Shown: piece after piece, positions 50,914-61,720 of the stretch
How positions within the stretch are numbered: position 1 is the stretch's first letter
Layout of the letters: the number at the start of each line of letters is the position of its first letter
NCBI GenBank assembly: GCA_963758915.1
Contig: CAVWXH010000003.1
Location: forward strand, 192,001-256,000
Length of the DNA stretch: 64,000 nucleotides
Reading direction: 5' to 3'
Source: an uncultured Methanomicrobiales archaeon
GTDB taxonomy: Archaea; Halobacteriota; Methanomicrobia; Methanomicrobiales; Methanospirillaceae
The notes under the pieces: generated by a model
The model's database searches: none
What the model saw: only the letters and a program-made list of their open reading frames with translations
Told to the model about the DNA's origin: nothing
Program-made: the position numbers and the translations under genes

Positions 50914-51106
50914 ACGGCCTCACCAATCCCATCCTGATCCATTGTCGGCTCTTATTAACGTCCTCATATTCACGCACGTGTACTCTGTCCCTGTTAACTC
51001 TGGATTTATTCCTTAATAGTTGATCTGTCGGCTGATGGGATCAACCTTTTGTGCCCCTGATCCTGGCTGATCCTTTACAGGAGGACCCAAATGGCTTATG
51101 ACAGAT

Positions 51107-51661
51107 CTACTCTTCCTTCGAATGGATTGCGCCATGGCTGTCCTGGTACCTGCCATTGTAGAGCCTGTTTCCACCTTTCACTTCATGGATAATCATCTGG
51201 ACAACCCGGTTATGCTGATACAGGGGAACATCTCCGGGCCCCATATTAATTAGACACAGCGTCAATTGCCCCCGGAACCCCGGGTCGACAAAACCCGCTG
51301 CTATCATTACTCCCTTCCGGCCAAATGATGACCGGCACCGGAGCGTGGCTGCGAGGTCAGCAGGTAACTCCACCCACTCAAGGGTGGGAACAAGACTACA
51401 TGCACCCCGTGGCAGGAGCAGGTCATGCGCAACCCTGAGGTCATAGGATGCAGGCTGAAGGCATTCCCCGGAGAACGGGGTGATGATGAGATCATATCCA
51501 TCTGCGGGTGAAGAATTGGTGGTATCAGCTACACCATCGGGTGCACAGGTATCATGACAACCGCAGGCAGCTGTCTCAGGAATACAACCGTCCGGCCGGT
51601 CATTGATGCAGCCTGACTCATACAGTCTTTTCGCTATCTCATGGGCGGAGAGAATCATCAT
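51107..51661 (-). CDS. dcd: dCTP deaminase with N-terminal insertion
   Basis: LQPASYDLR, RSSFGR.G, AGFVDPGFRGQLTL, Y.GRYQ. Confidence 0.9.
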   Translation of the reverse strand: MMILSAHEIAKRLYESGCINDRPDGCIPETAACGCHDTCAPDGVADTTNSSPADGYDLIITPFSGECLQPASYDLRVAHDLLLPRGACSLVPTLEWVELPADLAATLRCRSSFGRKGVMIAAGFVDPGFRGQLTLCLINMGPGDVPLYQHNRVVQMIIHEVKGGNRLYNGRYQDSHGAIHSKEE

Positions 51662-51715
51662 TACTCAGTCGGTAGAAAAATGCTTAATAGGTTACGATTG
51701 CAATATGCAAGGGCT

Positions 51716-51787
51716 GGATCCATAGGGTAGAGGACATCCTCTTGGGCTTCGAACCCAAGGACGCGGGTTCGATTCCCGCTGGGTCCG
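51716..51787 (+). tRNA. tRNA-Arg (TCG)
   Basis: Acceptor GGATCCA/TGGGTCC, anticodon arm TTGGG-CT TCG AA-CCCAA, T-loop GGTTCGATTCC. Confidence 0.95.
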
Positions 51788-52036
51788 TTTATTTTTTTTC
51801 CTAACCCTTCGTACCATGTTAAGCCCCGGAGCATTGTATTGGGAATGCCCGGTTACCCGGAGTGAAGCATCCCGGGATGAACAGAAAGTTAGAACGGTTT
51901 TCCGAAAGATTACGAGAATCACAGGTCAGTTTTTCGTTTATTCAAAGGTTTTACAGGCTGGTACCAACGATACATGGATATTTTTAAGAAGGAAAACGCT
52001 AAATATAATCAACCAAAGGCGTAGCGAGGTGATTGT

Positions 52037-52174
52037 ATACCAACGAGTAAGAAACAGCTGGTAAAGCTGAACCAGGCAAAGAAGGCCAAAGCAGAAGAGC
52101 TCTCGAAGCAGGCGGCTGCGGGTAGCCAAGAGGCCAAGAAAAAGCTCAAGAAGCTCGAGAAAAAGCTCAAGTGA
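52037..52174 (+). CDS. Small Lys/Ala-rich helical protein (45 aa) with apparent ATA start
   Basis: (M)PTSKKQLVKLNQAKKAKAEELSKQAAAGSQEAKKKLKKLEKKLK; GAGGTGA RBS 4 nt upstream; TATA near 52000. Confidence 0.75.
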   Translation: MPTSKKQLVKLNQAKKAKAEELSKQAAAGSQEAKKKLKKLEKKLK

Positions 52175-52306
52175 GCCGCCTGGAATTCCCAACTCTTTTT
52201 ATGTTCTTTGTAAGAGCTGATATAAACGAATAGAGCTCTGCAAGTCGCAAAATACTCGTATCCGGAGGGGAACGGAAGGCACAATGTTCAAATTAAAAAA
52301 AAATAT

Positions 52307-52690
52307 GGCCTTGTTGAAACCCTTCGGTGTCATAAAAAATAAGAGGGAAATATGAAGACAGGAGGGGTTTCACCCCCTCCCTGCCCTACCCCCATTAAGA
52401 TATTCTCCGGGCTGGGTTATCCGAAGGCCCATTAAATTCAGAGTATTTGGGGATGGTCTCTATCCCAACCGGGGTCGCCAGAGCGGCGGGCCGTGAGCCC
52501 CGGGAGCGGGACGAAATTTTGGAATTCCCAATCTGGAAGATATATTTGAGATTGGTTTCCCATGAAAATGACAAAACGGATCCCAGTATATGGAAATTTT
52601 GAACGGGGCATTTTCATAGCCCTGGTGTGAACGTCCTGTTCATGTGTGTTTCTACAGAGCGAAAAAAATATGCAGGGTTTCAATAAAACA
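52307..52690 (+). mobile_element. Dispersed repeat copy 5, putative full MITE with imperfect terminal inverted repeats
   Basis: GGCCTTGTTGAAACCC (52307) and GGGTTTCAATAAAAC (52675-52689); no transposase. Confidence 0.65.
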
Positions 52691-52704
52691 GATAATTGTA
52701 ATGA

Positions 52705-54141
52705 TTAAATCTCGCCTTTTTTCCCGCCACCACCATTCCCATGTCCTTTATTCGTGCTGTGAGAAGACCTGGTTTTGGGTTTTCTCCTGATAACCAGCAG
52801 TATCACGAGGATTACTATGATAATAATGGCTATGATAAGGCCTGCAGTCAGGAAAATACCAATGTTCAGGTCTTTTTCCATAGAGAGCGTAACGGTTGAC
52901 GAGGTGCTCCCGGGATCGATCCTGGAAGTCATGGTGGCCGGTTTGTAGCCTTTCATCGTTGCCGTAATATTATACTCGGTACTTACCTTGACCTTTGTTG
53001 TAAGTGCCCCATTGTCATCGGTAATTCCCGTATTCCTGCTATTCAGGGAGATCGTCACACCGGGTATCACATGGTAGCTTTCATCTTCAACAAATATGGT
53101 AAGGTCTGCCTGCTGGAACGGCAATTCCACGGTGATGTCCTTACCAAGATCATCCTCCCCGATTTCTCTTCGCAGGGATGAAAATCCGGGATGTTTCACT
53201 TCGAGGATATACTGGCCGGAGGGAAGGTCACGGAACGTGTACTTTCCATACTGGCTTGTGTTACCAAGTGCCTTTCCGTCGATTATTATGGAAGCCCCTG
53301 TTACTGGTGCCTTCGTTTCATCGAACACATATATTGAGGCCTGGTACGGGGCAACCACCATCGACGCGGTGACAACTGCCTCATTATCGCTGATCATCTT
53401 CTTTTCAAAATAATCCGTGAAGCCAGGCCTGGTGATTTTTATATTGTACACTTTATTCCGTGGAATTTCAAGAGACAGGATCCCCTTCCCGTCAGTTTTC
53501 CCCTTGGATACGCCGTCGATGAATACTTCTGCATTTGCGATCGGGGTCTGGTCACCTGCACTTTTTGCGAGTATTGAGAACCTGTCACCCCGGATAAGAA
53601 GGTACTGGATATTTTTTCCTTCCATGCCCATTTCGACAACCTCATTCCGGTTCTGGTAATTGGTTGCCGTGATCTGGATATTGTAAATACTCGCTGCCTG
53701 CGCCGGGAACGTGACTGACCCGTTCTTATCAGTCATTTTTAAAGATTCAGTAATATTCGGCCCCATCACCCGTACCTGTGAATTGGTAATCGGGAGGGCG
53801 CTGTCAGCATCAAAAATATCTATGTTAAGCACCAGTTCCTTTTTCCTGAGCTGAACGAGAACTGAAGATTCTGCCATGCCGACATCATCTTCCCAGGGTT
53901 CATACCCTGGCTTCATCACCTTGACCGTGATCGGACTCGTGCCAGGGTGTGTAAATGTGAAGATGCCATCAGTACCGGTTTTCCCGGCGAGGGCACCGTT
54001 TACAAAGACCGATGCATAGGGTATTGCAGTAACATTGGTTGTCTTTTCAAATACATTCACGTAGAGGGTAGCAGCCTGTGCACCACCGGCGATGAGGAGG
54101 AGACAGAGGACCATGAATATCAGACGGCGGGTAACTTTCAT
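52705..54141 (-). CDS. Secreted PEGA/carboxypeptidase-regulatory-like repeat protein with C-terminal TM
   Basis: Signal peptide, repeated A.V..DG...G.TD..G units, TM plus basic tail. Confidence 0.85.
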   Translation of the reverse strand: MKVTRRLIFMVLCLLLIAGGAQAATLYVNVFEKTTNVTAIPYASVFVNGALAGKTGTDGIFTFTHPGTSPITVKVMKPGYEPWEDDVGMAESSVLVQLRKKELVLNIDIFDADSALPITNSQVRVMGPNITESLKMTDKNGSVTFPAQAASIYNIQITATNYQNRNEVVEMGMEGKNIQYLLIRGDRFSILAKSAGDQTPIANAEVFIDGVSKGKTDGKGILSLEIPRNKVYNIKITRPGFTDYFEKKMISDNEAVVTASMVVAPYQASIYVFDETKAPVTGASIIIDGKALGNTSQYGKYTFRDLPSGQYILEVKHPGFSSLRREIGEDDLGKDITVELPFQQADLTIFVEDESYHVIPGVTISLNSRNTGITDDNGALTTKVKVSTEYNITATMKGYKPATMTSRIDPGSTSSTVTLSMEKDLNIGIFLTAGLIIAIIIIVILVILLVIRRKPKTRSSHSTNKGHGNGGGGKKGEI

Positions 54142-54244
54142 ACGAATTAATCCCTCGGATTATATTTTTGAGCACATGATTTATATTTTATCTGATTCCA
54201 GACCACAAAATAAGTTTGATCTGTCTCATTCGCATGTATAACCG

Positions 54245-55771
54245 TTACTGCCATTTGTTATCACCAGGCACGCGGTCAATAAGCATTCCCTCGATCACCA
54301 CGGGCATCAGCCTCCTCCCTTCCTCAACCGCCTTCTCAAGTTGCCATTTTCGTTCTGCATAAATGGTAAAAATCGGGTCCCCGGCCTGCATCTTGTTACC
54401 TTTCTTTGCATGGAGAAGGACCCCTGCACCGGCATTCTGCGGTGCACCGGCAAGGCGGGCAATTGTTATCAGAGACTTGTTATTGAAATCGGTAACATAC
54501 CCGGTTGTCTGGGACTTGACGACAAATTCGTATTTCCCGGGTACGATATCAGATGAGGTCACCTTGGGGTCGCCACCCTGGATTTCGATTATCTGGCGTA
54601 ATTTTTCCAGTGCTTTACCATTTCGCAATAGCTCGCCCGCAACATTAAACCCGGTACCAGCAGCGGCCTTCCCCGACATTTCCAGGGCGATCCCTGCAAT
54701 CGCGAGGCTTTTTTGGATTAGCGAACCTGGTTCCTCGTTTCCTTCAAGCGCTTTTAAGGCTTCTATCACTTCAAGGTTCGGACCAATGGCCCGCCCGACA
54801 GGGGACCCACCATACGTAACGGCACATTCCACCCGGATATTGAGCCTGTCACCGATTTCAATAAATTCACGGGCCAGTTTCCGCCCTTCTACAAGGTTCG
54901 CAACTTTTGTATTTGGCCCGACCGGGATATCAATGACTACCAGGTCTGCACCGATGGCTAGTTTTTTAGCCATTACACTGGCGAGCATCTGACCTCTGGC
55001 ATCTATCTTGAACGGGTATTCCTGGACAATAATCTTGTCATCAGCGGGGGCTATATTCGTGGCCCCGCCCCACACAATCGTCCCACCGACCTTCAACGTC
55101 ATCCTCTGGACTTCCGTAGCTGAGAACGCCACGGGTGCGAGGACTTCCATAAGGTCAGCTGTGCCCCCGGCACCGGTAATCGCCCTTGAACTGGTCTTCG
55201 GGATCTTTAGCCCGCTTGCTGCAATTATCGGGACAACAATTAAGGATATTTTATTACCCGGGACACCACCGATTGAATGCTTATCAACAATCGGATGGGT
55301 ATGGAAATCCAGGCGTTCTCCCGTGTCCACCATGGCCCGGGTCAGGTGTTCAACTTCATCCATGTCGAGGGAGTTGATGTAACTTGCAGTGATGTATGCA
55401 GTAAGCTCGGCGGCACTGAGATCATCGGAGACAACGTCCCGGATTATTGCATAGGTCTCCTCCTTCGACAGCCGCTCTCCGTTCATTTTTTTTGTAATAA
55501 ATTCAAGGGACTGTGGCCGTGCTGCTTCCCTGACTTCGAGGGGGACGCCGTCCATGACACAGAGACGATCGTTACAGATCCTGTAGATACCGATGGTCCC
55601 CTGGGGGACAAGTGTCGCTGTAATGTCAACGCCGGCTGCCGCTGAAATACCGGATACTTCATTAAGGACCTGGACGCGGTCCCCGTGGAGGACCCCGAGA
55701 TTCCTCGCATCGGCGGTATTAAGAAGAACACCCCTGTCAGCAATGTCAAGTAACCGTGCTGTTAATTTCAT
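54245..55771 (-). CDS. AMP phosphorylase
   Basis: [25 protein letters not shown]. Confidence 0.93.
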   Translation of the reverse strand: MKLTARLLDIADRGVLLNTADARNLGVLHGDRVQVLNEVSGISAAAGVDITATLVPQGTIGIYRICNDRLCVMDGVPLEVREAARPQSLEFITKKMNGERLSKEETYAIIRDVVSDDLSAAELTAYITASYINSLDMDEVEHLTRAMVDTGERLDFHTHPIVDKHSIGGVPGNKISLIVVPIIAASGLKIPKTSSRAITGAGGTADLMEVLAPVAFSATEVQRMTLKVGGTIVWGGATNIAPADDKIIVQEYPFKIDARGQMLASVMAKKLAIGADLVVIDIPVGPNTKVANLVEGRKLAREFIEIGDRLNIRVECAVTYGGSPVGRAIGPNLEVIEALKALEGNEEPGSLIQKSLAIAGIALEMSGKAAAGTGFNVAGELLRNGKALEKLRQIIEIQGGDPKVTSSDIVPGKYEFVVKSQTTGYVTDFNNKSLITIARLAGAPQNAGAGVLLHAKKGNKMQAGDPIFTIYAERKWQLEKAVEEGRRLMPVVIEGMLIDRVPGDNKWQ

Positions 55772-56104
55772 TACCCAATCCCTGCCAAGATCTCATACGC
55801 AATGCTCATATTACCTAATGTAGTCTTTGGGTTTTTATACTTCATAAAAGAGACGAGCCTGATAACAAGCATTATTCCGGTTTATTGTATCATCAGGGAG
55901 CTTTTTATAAGGGGATTAAATAGCCCGGATCCACCAGTGGGAGTTCTTCCGCTGGAATACACCCCATGAAAGACCTGTTTTTGTGACACGCCGTACATGC
56001 TGAAAATGGAATTCAGCAACACGGGAAGTCTTATTAAAACTGTGACAGACAGCCAGAAACCTGGCTCACAGGTGGCGGTTTTAAAAAAAAATTAGATGAT
56101 TAGG

Positions 56105-58663
56105 TTAGTGCTTGCGCACTACGAGGAATGCTACAGCTCCGAGACCGATCAATGCAATCAGTGCACCAAATCCAGGCTGAGTTGTCGGCTTGGTGGTTGG
56201 GACTGTTGTCTTAACGGTGGTCGGAACAGGTGTGTTGTTGACCGGTGCAGTGGTGACCACTGTGGTCGGAACGGGTGTTGGTTTGAACTCAACGACATTG
56301 AACAGAGTTGATGCCTGTGCTCCTGATACAGTGATGCTCTGTGCCTGGACGATGTACTCGTCGGGCTTGAATGCAGCTGCATCTACTGGGAAGGACCACT
56401 TGTTCATGCCATCGGTTGCCTTCTGGACCTTTACGGTTCCGGTTGCTCCACTGAATTCACCGCTCTGGGTCTTTGTGGTTGGCTTGAATGACGAGGAAAC
56501 TACCTCAACGAGGAGTTCGTCATCGACTGCAAGGTTGGTGGTTCCCGCAATGGTGAACTTGTCGCCGACCTGCTTCTCGCCTACCGGGAGAACAGTGACT
56601 TTCGGTACTTCGACGAGGAACTGGAGCTTCGCGTAGGTATCATCAACGCTTGGGTTGTTGAGTGCCTGGACGAGTGCTTCTGCTGCGTCAGATCCCTGGA
56701 GGCTGCCTGGGCCCTGTAACTTGAACAGAGTGTTCCCTGAGACCGGGTAGCTGCCTAATACAAGCTCCCTGTTTGCCGATGGATATACATCGTAGATTTC
56801 GTTGTACATCGGGTGCTGTGCAACCACGAAGTACTGACCTGCTGCCATGTCTGCTGTTGTACCCTGGGTGACTTCGTACTCGAAGGTACCGTCAGCGTTG
56901 ACACTGGTTGTGGAGTAGATGACTTTGTTCTTACCCATGATCCAGACTGCGACACCCTGTGTGGGCTGTCCTGCAGCGGTTCCACGGACGAACAGCTTGT
57001 CACCAGCTGCTACTACAGACTGTGAGGCCTGTGCGCTGATGAATGGCTTCCTGATGATGACTGATACGGTTGCATACTGTGCGTTGGAGAGACCGTTCTT
57101 GTCAACGGGCGTTGCAACTGCGTAAACGGTGTAGGTACCTGCATCAATGTTCAGGTTTGCGGTCTGCCACTTGTATTCCCAGGTGTTGTCTTCAAGCACA
57201 TCTGATGGCTGGAAGGTTGATGTAACGCCTGAAACTACTGGCTCACGCGGGTTGGTCATCTGTCCACCGTTTGATGGAAGGTTCGGACCGGTGATGAACA
57301 TGTAGGTGAAGTCAGTCTCTGAGTTTGTCCCGGTGAACTTGACCTCTTCTCCGAGGAAGTAGTTCTGGGTACCGGCTGCCACGACGGTGACTGCGCCCTT
57401 CTCAACCTTGACGTCGACTTCATCGCTCTTGAACTGCCTCTCTGCGCCAGTGTTTGAGGTTGGCGGGTTGTATGGCTCAGGCCGCTCTACACGGATGGTG
57501 TACTTCTTGTCCTTGGTGTCCTTCGTGGTCGAGAACCCGACAGTGCGGGTACCGGAGTTGGACAGAGTGACTGAAGCATAGTAGACTGTACCGTTCACAT
57601 CGGTTACGCCGTAGAACTTGGGTACATCAGACTGGATGGTCTTGGTTGAACCCTGGTAAACGTACTGACCAATTGGCCATGGTCCTGCGACTGGGTCCAT
57701 CTTCACATTGTCCTGTGAGAGAACAATGCTGGGTGGCTGGTCGAGGGTTGAACCTGTCATTGAACCGGTGCCCTTAACCCAGAGGTAGTATGCACTGTTT
57801 GGTTTACCAGTGATGGTAACTGAGAACGGGTTGCCACGTACGACTGAGTCCTTGCTGGCCTCGATCTTTACGGTGTCAGATGCAATGGTAACGGTTTTGA
57901 CTGCAGAGACGGTCTTCCCGGTGTAGTCGTTACCGGATGCGTCCTTGTAGTTGTCTTTCATCCCATTGAGGTTGCAGTCGGTCCAGAATGTGTAGCCGCC
58001 GGACTTGTAAACCCGGTTACCTTCAGATCCCATGATCCCGGTTGCCCACCCTTTTTCGCTGCCAATGACGAGCGGAATGCTGTTCCACATGTATGGCATT
58101 GCATTCGGTGCCTGGTTCAACAGGCTCTGCTGAACGGTAGCACTCTGGAAGAGGCTGGTGTAGACAGTACCGTCGGAGGTCTTGACCTTGATGGTCATGA
58201 ATCCTGCAGTTGTCTGACGTTCTGACGGGATGATGTTCATGTTGGTTTCAATACGGAATACAAGGAAATCTCCTGCGGGAATGCTCTTCCCTGTAACATC
58301 CTTGCCTGACTGCTGGTCGTACACCGAGATGGTCGTTATGGGGTCGTTTACAACAATCCCTACAACGGCGGTGTTTCCAACATACCAGTTTCCGGTGCGG
58401 CTGACGAAATCAGCCGGTGCTACATAGAAACTCTGTGCGTTTCCGACGTTAACTGTTGCTGCCGGGGCACTTACGCCCGGGGTCTGGGTACCGGTATAGT
58501 AGGCCAGGGTTGTCCCTGATGCTATCCCAGTTAAATTAAGGCCCTGTTCACCGATGAATACATTACCACCGGCTGGGATGGTGTTTAAGGCTGCAAGTGC
58601 CGGTACTACCAGAATTGCAAGCGCTACGCACATCATCAGTGCTATGCTTAATCGCTTAGTCAT
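56105..58663 (-). CDS. Major S-layer glycoprotein (Methanomicrobiales type) with PGF-CTERM
   Basis: Signal peptide, VFIGEQGLN, Thr/Pro linker, PGFG-TM-RKH. Confidence 0.88.
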   Translation of the reverse strand: MTKRLSIALMMCVALAILVVPALAALNTIPAGGNVFIGEQGLNLTGIASGTTLAYYTGTQTPGVSAPAATVNVGNAQSFYVAPADFVSRTGNWYVGNTAVVGIVVNDPITTISVYDQQSGKDVTGKSIPAGDFLVFRIETNMNIIPSERQTTAGFMTIKVKTSDGTVYTSLFQSATVQQSLLNQAPNAMPYMWNSIPLVIGSEKGWATGIMGSEGNRVYKSGGYTFWTDCNLNGMKDNYKDASGNDYTGKTVSAVKTVTIASDTVKIEASKDSVVRGNPFSVTITGKPNSAYYLWVKGTGSMTGSTLDQPPSIVLSQDNVKMDPVAGPWPIGQYVYQGSTKTIQSDVPKFYGVTDVNGTVYYASVTLSNSGTRTVGFSTTKDTKDKKYTIRVERPEPYNPPTSNTGAERQFKSDEVDVKVEKGAVTVVAAGTQNYFLGEEVKFTGTNSETDFTYMFITGPNLPSNGGQMTNPREPVVSGVTSTFQPSDVLEDNTWEYKWQTANLNIDAGTYTVYAVATPVDKNGLSNAQYATVSVIIRKPFISAQASQSVVAAGDKLFVRGTAAGQPTQGVAVWIMGKNKVIYSTTSVNADGTFEYEVTQGTTADMAAGQYFVVAQHPMYNEIYDVYPSANRELVLGSYPVSGNTLFKLQGPGSLQGSDAAEALVQALNNPSVDDTYAKLQFLVEVPKVTVLPVGEKQVGDKFTIAGTTNLAVDDELLVEVVSSSFKPTTKTQSGEFSGATGTVKVQKATDGMNKWSFPVDAAAFKPDEYIVQAQSITVSGAQASTLFNVVEFKPTPVPTTVVTTAPVNNTPVPTTVKTTVPTTKPTTQPGFGALIALIGLGAVAFLVVRKH

Positions 58664-59090
58664 ATATTTTCCTCCTTACTCAATTGTCCATAGTTCTGTA
58701 CGTTCAATCCAATGCACCCAAACCGGATCAGGTTCGACACCTGTCGATTAACGGTTCACAGTGCTCCATACTCCGAATCACGGAATATGAATCAATATTA
58801 GTGAAACACTTAATATATCCTTTTTGGTTGATCGCAGGGATTATTGTGCGGATGTACGGGGTGCTGGGACAAATCAGTGGGTACACCACCCCTGTTTTCA
58901 TCTTCCCGGGGAACCGGCACACTCTCCTGAGTAATACCGGTGTACCGCAATACCGTTGATATTACGCGCACCTTACCATACACGGTTAAAGAATTAGTAT
59001 CTCCGGAAAATGCCTGTTATAAATTAGAGCAGCCCCGTCTTATTACTGACAGATCGTACCCTATATATAACAAGATCCAACATCTGAAGC

Positions 59091-59811
59091 ATGAGGATTA
59101 TCAGGGCACCAAGTATCTCACGTGCTCACGAGCTCGTGATAAAAATGATACTTGAGAAAGGGTTTCCCCTCGTCACCGAGGAGAATGAGGCAACAATAGA
59201 ATTCGAGGAGGTCGCAATGAAAATTGATAACCCCCTTGCCGGACCATTGGTGAGCCCTGCATCAAGATTCCAGCAGCGATTCATGGAGAAATACGCACAC
59301 GACCTGATCGATGGATCGGATTCTGTATTTGAGTATGATTACCATGGCCGGCTTTTTCACTGGGGGGATCCGTTATCATCCGGGGGGTCACCTGTCGAAG
59401 TAGACCAGGTATCATATATAATTAGTAAACTTTCGTCCGCTTCCCAAAGCCGGAGGGCTCTTGCAATTACATGGAACCCGGTTTCCGATGAAAAACTTGC
59501 GAATTGTCCCTGCCTGCAGCTGGTCCAGTGTATTATCCGGGACAACAAACTCCAGATGAAAGTTGTATTCCGGAGTAACGATATGCTGACGGCAGCCGGG
59601 GCGAATATGTTTGCCCTTGCCCACCTCCAGGAGCACATTGCAAAGCAGCTCGGGGTAACACCCGGGTCCTACACACATATCGCGCTCGTCCCCCACATCT
59701 ATTATAAACGGGACATTAATGACATTGAGTCTGTTCTGCCGCAGGGGAGAGCATATCCGCCCGATACGCGAGGTCTGTGACGCGTGCGGCAAATGCCCGG
59801 GATCGCGGTAG
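59091..59811 (+). CDS. thyA: Archaeal thymidylate synthase, frameshift near 59730
   Basis: YDYHGRL, SRRALAITW, CPCLQ, FRSNDM, PHIY; likely C-terminus in next frame ends TAG 59809-59811. Confidence 0.88.
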
Positions 59812-59870
59812 CTGAAGAGATTAATCAGTCAGGTTAATTAGTCTTGGGCGGCAACAAAATAGGAGAACAC

Positions 59871-59943
59871 AGCCCGGTAGTGTAGCGGTCAATCATCCGA
59901 GACTCTGGATCTCGGGACAGCAGTTCGAATCTGCTCCGGGCTA
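59871..59943 (+). tRNA. tRNA-Gln (CTG)
   Basis: Acceptor AGCCCGG/CCGGGCT, anticodon arm CGAGA-CT CTG GA-TCTCG, GTTCGAATC. Confidence 0.95.
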
Positions 59944-60013
59944 CTCTTTTTCGCAGGACAATTTCTTTTCAGCCCGTTGCATGTACAATAAGAGGTTCAG
60001 GTCCAGTCCCTGA

Positions 60014-60075
60014 CCCAACCGGGGTACTTCAGCAGCGGGGTGGAGCCCCGGGAGCGTGGATAGATTTCAGAATAA
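60014..60075 (+). repeat. Dispersed structured repeat, copy 6 (degenerate fragment)
   Basis: CCCAACCGGGGT..GAGCCCCGGGAGCGTGGATAGATTTCAGAA. Confidence 0.6.
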
Positions 60076-60172
60076 CCGGGACCCATGGTTCAGGTTATAA
60101 CTTTTCAACAGGGGCGGTTTTAGAGGAAAATGAATGATGAAACACCCGTGCCCGGTGCCGGAACTTTGCATG

Positions 60173-60781
60173 TTACTCCCGGACAGGTAAACATAAGATC
60201 GCGGCATGGTCCTGGTGATACGGGTGGAGCCATTTTGTGTCCAGCACGGTGATCCGGGCTGCTTCAAATGCAGCCACCGAGCGTTCAAGTACCACAACCG
60301 GGTCCTCAGCAGTATCAATGCTCCTTGTTTTGAGCATGACCAGCATCCTGCCACCATCCCTGAGGAATACACTGTTCCGTATTGCAATAGTGACCTGTTC
60401 CGGCTGGGCGATATCCTGGTACATAAGGTCTGCAACCTCAAGCAGCGGGGCATACCGCTCCGGTTGGGCTGCATCCGCCATCAGGGGGACCACGTTGTCC
60501 CTCCGGCGGGCAACCGCGACCAGGTCCTGCATAGGCCGTGGTGCAAATTCGATGGCATATACCGTCCCTGCATAATCTGCAACATGGGATACGGTTGTCC
60601 CATTTGCAGCCCCAAGGTACAAAACGACAAGGTCCGGCGTAAGTTCAAACTCCCCGCCAAGATAGTAATATGCCGCGAGTTTGCTCCGGTAGGGGTCCCA
60701 GACGCGGAATTCCTTAAGCATCCGCTCACCGTACACACCCCCTTCTCCCGATGATACCAGCACATTTTCAACCCAGATCAT
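60173..60781 (-). CDS. flpA: Fibrillarin-like rRNA/tRNA 2'-O-methyltransferase
   Basis: WDPYRSKLAA, LYLGAANGTTVSHVAD, YQDIAQP.Q. Confidence 0.96.
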   Translation of the reverse strand: MIWVENVLVSSGEGGVYGERMLKEFRVWDPYRSKLAAYYYLGGEFELTPDLVVLYLGAANGTTVSHVADYAGTVYAIEFAPRPMQDLVAVARRRDNVVPLMADAAQPERYAPLLEVADLMYQDIAQPEQVTIAIRNSVFLRDGGRMLVMLKTRSIDTAEDPVVVLERSVAAFEAARITVLDTKWLHPYHQDHAAILCLPVRE

Positions 60782-61635
60782 GTAACCCTCCCGGCATTGT
60801 CAACCGCGGCCTGTGCAGCCTCCATAAACTCCGGCGCCAGCTCCTGGCGGTACTGGTCAATACGTGCGGCAATTGCGAGTTTTGCCGCTAACACCCGGGC
60901 CACCTTCCCCCTGACTTCCTTCGGCGCATTGTGGACCCTGCGGTGCTGAAAGATAATCCCGTGTTTCGGCGGCGGAGTACCACCCCTCATGTGCGAGAAC
61001 AGGGCCGTGCGTGCCCCAAGGACCTGTATCGAACTTCCCGGAAGTATTGAGAGTGCTGCAAGGCTCCCTGCCTGTGAAACAAGGCGTGCAGCAACGAGTC
61101 CCCCGAGGAGGGCGCTGCAGTTTGGTACTACTTCATCCGCACGCCGCGACACTTCCTTCATGAGTGCGTTCCGTGCAGCCGCGAGGTTTTCAATTTCATT
61201 GATAATATGGCGGAATGCCGGGCTCCCGCCCCGTTTCATCATCGGCAGCAGTTTCTGCTTCGGAAGGCGCATGTATTTCCTTGAAAAACCCGGGTTGATT
61301 ATCCGGTGCCACTCGAGTGCCCGCTCTGTCAGTACATTGGAGACCTCATCAAGCTGGTCAAGTGTCCGCACCATCTGGAGCAGCTCTGCGTCCCTGCTTT
61401 CGTACTGCCTGGCAATCCCTGCCTCAGAAAGATAAAAGCAGAGCTCCCGTAATTTTCTTATATATTCCCCACGATCGCGGGTGAAACTGCAGCTCCCTGC
61501 CGTTCTCCAGTCAAACGGGACAAAACGGTCAGGAGAGATTTTTATGGTTTCAAGCCGTTTTGCCAGGGCCTCCGGCCCACCCCGGTATGGTGTACACCCA
61601 GTTTCATCTATATCGCCAAACCAGTACGACTGCAT
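60778..61635 (-). CDS. nop5: Nop5/Nop56 C/D RNP protein
   Basis: IQVLGA..ALF.H, PPKHGIIFQ, RGKVARVLAAKLAIAARID. Confidence 0.93.
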   Translation of the reverse strand: MQSYWFGDIDETGCTPYRGGPEALAKRLETIKISPDRFVPFDWRTAGSCSFTRDRGEYIRKLRELCFYLSEAGIARQYESRDAELLQMVRTLDQLDEVSNVLTERALEWHRIINPGFSRKYMRLPKQKLLPMMKRGGSPAFRHIINEIENLAAARNALMKEVSRRADEVVPNCSALLGGLVAARLVSQAGSLAALSILPGSSIQVLGARTALFSHMRGGTPPPKHGIIFQHRRVHNAPKEVRGKVARVLAAKLAIAARIDQYRQELAPEFMEAAQAAVDNAGRVT

Positions 61636-61720
61636 GGAAATAACTGGGTTATTCCCAACTATTATACTAGTGCACATGATCACCCCTGATCAGGACCCGG
61701 AGTCCCGCAAGTATTGCCTT

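Noticed and set aside
56180-56290. Repetitive Thr/Pro-coding sequence
   Set aside because: Ordinary glycosylated linker of a PGF-CTERM S-layer protein.
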